The translations under genes were made by a program, and so were the position numbers. DNA of 64,000 nucleotides from Microbotryum violaceum (lineage: Eukaryota): NCBI GenBank assembly GCA_001244265.2, contig CDLV01000009.1, positions 248,001-312,000 on the forward strand, given 5' to 3'. This document shows positions 59,190-64,000 of the stretch, piece after piece. Positions within the stretch are counted from its first letter, which is position 1, and every line of letters begins with the position of its first letter. The notes beneath the pieces are model-generated. The model had not been told where the DNA came from. It saw only the letters and a program-made list of their open reading frames with translations, and searched no databases.

Positions 59190-59815
59190 GAGACCGTTAC
59201 GGCCATTTTTTCTAACAGCAGATCAACAAAAACCCTGCGCTTTGGATAATTGTAAGCTCCTCCCAGAGGGAAGGCTTAGTTGAACTTAGAAATCTCTAGT
59301 CGTCCGGTGGGCTCCGACTCGTCACACTGGATATCGCGAGTTCCAAGATACGCAATCACAACGAACGGAGATGTCGCAGTTGCCGAAGATGCATAGATGT
59401 TGACTTCTCCCTTACTACGACGCGAATGGACGAGCCTAAAGGTAAGATGCCGGGGTGCATATTCGGGCCTAAAGATAAGATGCCGGTCGCAGACACCTGG
59501 TCACCCTTTTAAAAGATAGGAGCTTGTTCCGAGGAGCTCGTTGACCTGAAGTCATAATAACGATAAAAACTCCGATTCTCTGGCGATGGCCATCTGTAGA
59601 AAGAGAAGGTATCCATCGCATCAAGATGGCCGCAACCTCAGGTAAAGATGGTAAAGCACAGATGGAGGAGTTACACTTTCCAAGCGAGATAACAGTCGCG
59701 GTCAGCCTCAGCTGATCTGCTCTCATCAACGTCGAGGGTGCGTTTCTTCATCTGATCCGTAGTATCACCATTCTTCAGACGCCACCTCTTCCAAAACACA
59801 ATCTCTCTACGAGGC

Positions 59816-61458
59816 CTACTTGACCACGCTCCTGCCCCATCTCCCCCCCGATGCGGTCCTCAACGCCGGTGAACTCCTCCCCCCCGCCGCCGACGTCGTC
59901 TTAGTCTTGGCCGCCGCGGCAACGAGGTCCTGGATCATGCCATTGTACGTCTCGGCATCGCCGCTCTCCTTGTCCCGCGTTACGAGCGCATGCGTCAATG
60001 CCGCGCTCGCCTCCTCGGTGACGCGATCCATTTCCGCAACCTTGCGCTGCAGATCCGCGAGACTGAGCCCGACGAGGTCGTGCTCCCGCAAGGCCAAGAG
60101 CGAGTCAGCCAATTTTCGATCGAGGATGGGGACCTGATGCAACGCTCGGGCGCGTTCTCGATCGGCAAAGTGTGTCGTCGAACGAGAGATAGAGCCGCCA
60201 GCCGCGAACGCGCTCGTCGGCGATCGGGTCGTATGGGGTGAGTGGGAGCGCTGAGGGGGCAGGGTCAGCGACGCGAGCTGCTTGACGGGTGCGGTCTGCA
60301 GAAGGAGTGATGTATTAGTTTGGACCACATGAAATGGAGGATGTCTGGCCCAACGCACATCGTCGAGGTTGATGGGCACACCGAGCGTGATCAGGTGCTC
60401 CCTCCGGATGCGAGATCGCCGCCAATCGAGCGGCTTGAGCGCAGGCAACGACGACAAACCCGCTAGCAGTGTCCGTCTGTGCCTCCTCAAAGTAGCAAAT
60501 CAGCACAAGATCCGTCGGTGAAACTACAAACTACTCACGTCGATTCGGAAGCCAAGACCTGGCCGACGCCTTCGACCTGGCGCTCGGGTTCATCCGAGAC
60601 CATACCCCTCGCACCGGGGTACACGCCTTCAAAAAACTCGTGAAGCTGCTCCTCAATCGCCGCCTTGGACGGGTCCGTCAGCTCGAGCAACAAGGGCGGA
60701 TGACCGGTCGACTGGAACGCTGCGAACGACGACGAAGCGATGGGAGTCACTTCCGGTCGAGGCAGGGGGGACGGCGTCGGTGGCTGCTCGTCAAAGCCTT
60801 CGAAGCCATGCACGTCGCCTTCGTGAGTGTCGCCGAAATGGCCAAAGTCGCCAAAGCCGGCGTCGTCGGCATCGCCACCTGCCTCTGCGGCCTCGCCGAA
60901 ATCGTCAAAGTCGTCCTCGTCGTCGTCGGCTGCTTGGGGAACGACAGGGGTGGGGCCGGATTCGTCGTCATCGAAATCGTCCATCGGTGGGCCTTCCTGG
61001 ATCGGCGGTAGGACTAGCGGGTTCGAGGCACTTCTGACCATCGCTGGTGGTGGCGATGAGTAGCCCTCGCTGTCCTTGCCGTCTTCGTGGGCTGGCGGCT
61101 CTGATTCGCGGTCCCGGGTCGAGCTCGTCTCTGGCTCTGTGGGCGCTGTTGGTGTGACTTGTTCCCCAGTCTGCACATGCTCGACCTTCTCCTCGACATC
61201 CATTCCGGTCCGTTCCTTCTCCTGCTGCACCTGTTCCCTACCCACCACCCCAGTCGACCGTTCCGTGGCGTCCCAGCCCGCGCTACTGATCGTCACATTC
61301 TCATTCTCGTTCTCGTTCTCGTTCTCGTTCTCGTTCTCGTTCTCCGCCCCCCCTCCGCCTACGCTCAACCGAAGCGATCGTATCGGATTTACGTCGGATT
61401 GAATCGGTCGTGGTGAAGGTGTCGTAGGCGTAGGGGCACCCCATGGATTATCGTCCAT
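59816..61458 (-). CDS. Conserved acidic fungal protein, Laa2/YBL010C-like (AP-1 accessory), two exons
   Basis: MDDNPW start, DDFDDFGE and FGDFG motifs, WRRSRIRREHLITLGVPINLDD, C-terminal coiled coil; intron at about 60490-60537. Confidence 0.65.
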
Positions 61459-61799
61459 CGTGTCGAAGGCAGGCGACGCGCGAGGAGCGACTCCACGACG
61501 CGGTCACTGAGCCTGTCGGTCAGACTAGGTATAGCCGCGTAGTAGGGGTGCCAAGTCGAGTACTGGGGTTCGAAAAGCGTTGGGAGTGGGTGCGATACGG
61601 TGTGGTACGAGTGTCGAGTTGGATAGAGAGCGAGAGCCGGCGAGACGTCGGCGAACATGCCCGAGCTCTTTATATGATTAGGCCTTCTTTTTAAGCTCTC
61701 GAAGCGCTCTCACGAATCTTGATTCTTCGGCGCCGGCACCTCTCGGCCATCTCCGCGCAGTCTCTTCTTCTCAGGAAAGACGCTCACATCTACAGCCAA

Positions 61800-62570
61800 T
61801 CAAAGAGGAACTCTAGCCAATATCTCCCATTGATCCGTACTTCCGCTCGTCCTCACGAGCAACACCTCCCCGGCCTTGAAACCCTTCTCTCCCGCAACTC
61901 GACATTCCCCGTTCGCTTCTTGCTGGACTTGTTTTCTTTCCTTCATCCCTTGAATGATATCTTCCTTGATCTGCGGGGATAGGTCGCCGTAGACGAGGGA
62001 TAGATGGGGAAAGTAGGTCGATGGAGACGGGATCGGGACGGAGAAGGACGAGAGCAGCGTTTCGTGCAGGGCGATCAGGTGCGCGTCCGGAACGAGCGTG
62101 GCGAGCACGCATTGGTAAAAGAGGTCACCTGTGAAGTCAGAAATCAGCGTAGGGGGTGAGCGGTCAAAGCTGCGGCCTAGTGGAGTGCTCGTCACTAGCC
62201 AGCTTCGTGCGCGACAAGATTTGGGGCCCCACTTGCACGTCATCTCGAGGGCGGCGTGGGAAAGACATTCAAATCATCAAGCCCGCTTTCAGGGGTACGA
62301 GTACATTCAACCGAACTGACCCTGTCGGACATCCAAAAACTTGATCTCCAACCCGGGTCCTTGGATCGCGCGATCACTCTTCCACCTCGCGATCGCTTCT
62401 CCTATCCTCTTGACCAGCTCGTCGACGGGCAGCCCGGGCACAATCGCATCCGACACCAGCGTCGCGTGCGGCTTGAAATAAACGGTCTGGTAGCGGTCCG
62501 AGAGCGAGGTAATCAAGTCGCCGAGTGGGGACGTTGCGGGTGGGGATAGCCATAGCGAGAGACCTGACAT
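61800..62570 (-). CDS. CPD1: 2',3'-cyclic nucleotide phosphodiesterase (2H phosphoesterase, Cpd1 family), two exons
   Basis: SLWLSPP, FKPHATL, YFPHLSLVYGD (two HxT/S motifs). Confidence 0.85.
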
Positions 62571-62775
62571 GGTGGTGATAGTAGGTGGTGGGAAGAGACA
62601 GTCTAGGCTGGGCCACGTGCGATCTGTGCGCCCTGCTCTCGGCCGGGTAATGTACTGCAGGGCAGTCAGGGGTAATCCCGCATTAGTAATCCGTGGAACT
62701 GGCCTTGTTCTCTGCTCTCCGCGCTCTCGCTTCTCCCTCATCACCATGGCTCATCAACCCTGAGCCTTCCATCTC

Positions 62776-63213
62776 ATGCCCCCGAAGCTACCCCACCTGA
62801 CGCTCTTCACCTCGGGACCGCAGTGTACGCTGTGCACGGTCGCCAAAGAAGTCCTGACCGAAGCGCAGTCCCAATCGCCTTTCCATCTCCGTGTGTACGA
62901 CATCCGCAAGACCGCGTCCGACACGCTCGACCAACAGATCGAACGTACGGCGTGGAGGAGGTTGTACCAGTACGACGTACCCGTTTTGCATCTTACCGCC
63001 CACGACGGTGGCTTTGACGATTTGGCGGGCAGGGGAGGGGGTGGAAGGGTGTTGAAAGGTGGGCGAGTGATGAAACATCGCATCGACCACGACAAGTTGG
63101 TCGAATTAGTCAAGAAATGGACCCAACAATTGAACGCAAAACAGGTAAGTGACTCAGCTTTCTGACGAGAAGAGAAATTTTTCCCGACTGAACCCCATAC
63201 GGCACAGGGTTGA
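62776..63213 (+). CDS. Glutaredoxin-like protein (DUF836)
   Basis: LTLFTSGPQCTLC, YDI, WRRLYQYDVPVLHL, MKHRID; intron 63145-63207 gives the end KQG-stop (unspliced stop at 63165). Confidence 0.85.
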
Positions 63214-64000
63214 AAAGAGCTCGCAGCTGCTCAGCATTCCCACCACGCGAAACCACCTCCTCAACCGAGACCATCAAACGGCATCGAGCCTCACCCGAAC
63301 CTTCACCCGAATCCGAATCCGAACGCTTCCCCTTCTCCGGACCGCCCTTCTTTATCTCGTCGGCGCCGTCCCCGACCGAACCCGTCGATTTCCCGACGAC
63401 GACCATCTCGTACGACTATTCGTCCTTTGACGAGCTCACGACCTTGCCCGTACTCGGCGTCGAAGCATCCCCCTCGAACGAATCAGAGAGATCCCAGCAG
63501 TTTAAACCTATCGAGGACGTCCGACGGTGCTTCAACTGCCTAGGTACCCACCTCCTCCACGATTGTCCCTTCCGCAACGACCGTTCCGTCATCGCCCAGA
63601 ACCGTCGCGAGTTCCAAGCCGAGTATTCGATCCATGCCGGTCCAGGCTTGAGCCTCGGTTCCTCCACGTCGAACAAGGCACGAGAAGAAGATGTAGCGCG
63701 ACGACTAGGCTTCTTGAAGAGAATGCGACCCGGTGTCGTAGGGCCGGAATTGGAGGGTGCTCTCGGAATTTTAGGGTCGCAAGGGGAATGGCCTTGGTTC
63801 GACAAGTTCAGAGAATGGGGGTACCCTTCTGGGTGGACGCGCACTGCAAGGCAAGATCAAGGGGGGATGATCGATGAAGAGACAGGTTGGCTTGCTTTGT
63901 CTTTTTTCAGTGCGACGACCCTTTTGAAACCCGATACTGAGTATGAGCTCTGCCCACAGGTCTGCAAGAACTGCTTTACGTCGTGCGGCAAAGGATCCAA
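63117..64000 (+). CDS. Zinc-knuckle + PSP domain protein (ZCCHC8-like), runs off the window
   Basis: RCFNCLGTHLLHDCP; RPGVVGPELEGALGI..PWFDKFREWGYPSGW; frame open from 63210 to the window end; ATG 63117 joins via intron 63145-63207. Confidence 0.75.

Noticed and set aside
61297..61345. (TTCTCG)n repeat
   Set aside because: Ordinary coding microsatellite giving an EN dipeptide run
3860..62570. tRNA-related genes (PUS4, TFC4, CPD1) near a tRNA-associated retroelement array as a functional cluster
   Set aside because: They are spread over 60 kb among unrelated genes; coincidence is the simplest explanation

Overview
GC-rich, intron-containing fungal DNA. Short GT-AG introns with GCTRAC-type branch points, TCGA-rich coding DNA and TCG>TTG decay of repeats suggest a Pucciniomycotina basidiomycete (inference). 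Both flanks hold ordinary genes: PUS4, an MDR-domain protein, an ALYREF/Yra1-like RRM protein, an expansin-like protein, NECAP, SNX3, TFIIIC subunit TFC4, COX14-like, LAA2-like, CPD1, DUF836 glutaredoxin-like and ZCCHC8-like. The centre (about 34.2-59.2 kb) is a repeat island. Its core (37084-57729) is a strictly head-to-tail, same-strand chain of six units from three diverged L1/Tx1-like non-LTR retrotransposon families (A, B, C), each joined to the previous unit by its poly(A) tail. The 5' end of the chain sits about 50-70 bp upstream of, and head-to-head with, a tRNA-Glu(TTC) gene. The two elements retaining their 5' ends begin with different microsatellite heads, and families B and C share a covarying structured 3'UTR RNA motif. 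Element A is interrupted by a TIR element carrying two tRNA-like Pol III cassettes. Outside the island, two unusual gene architectures stand out: an apparent in-frame fusion of a divergent F-actin capping protein beta domain to a UAS-UBX protein, and two same-strand overlapping genes sharing one intron in different frames. All family assignments come from motif recognition by eye, not database searches.
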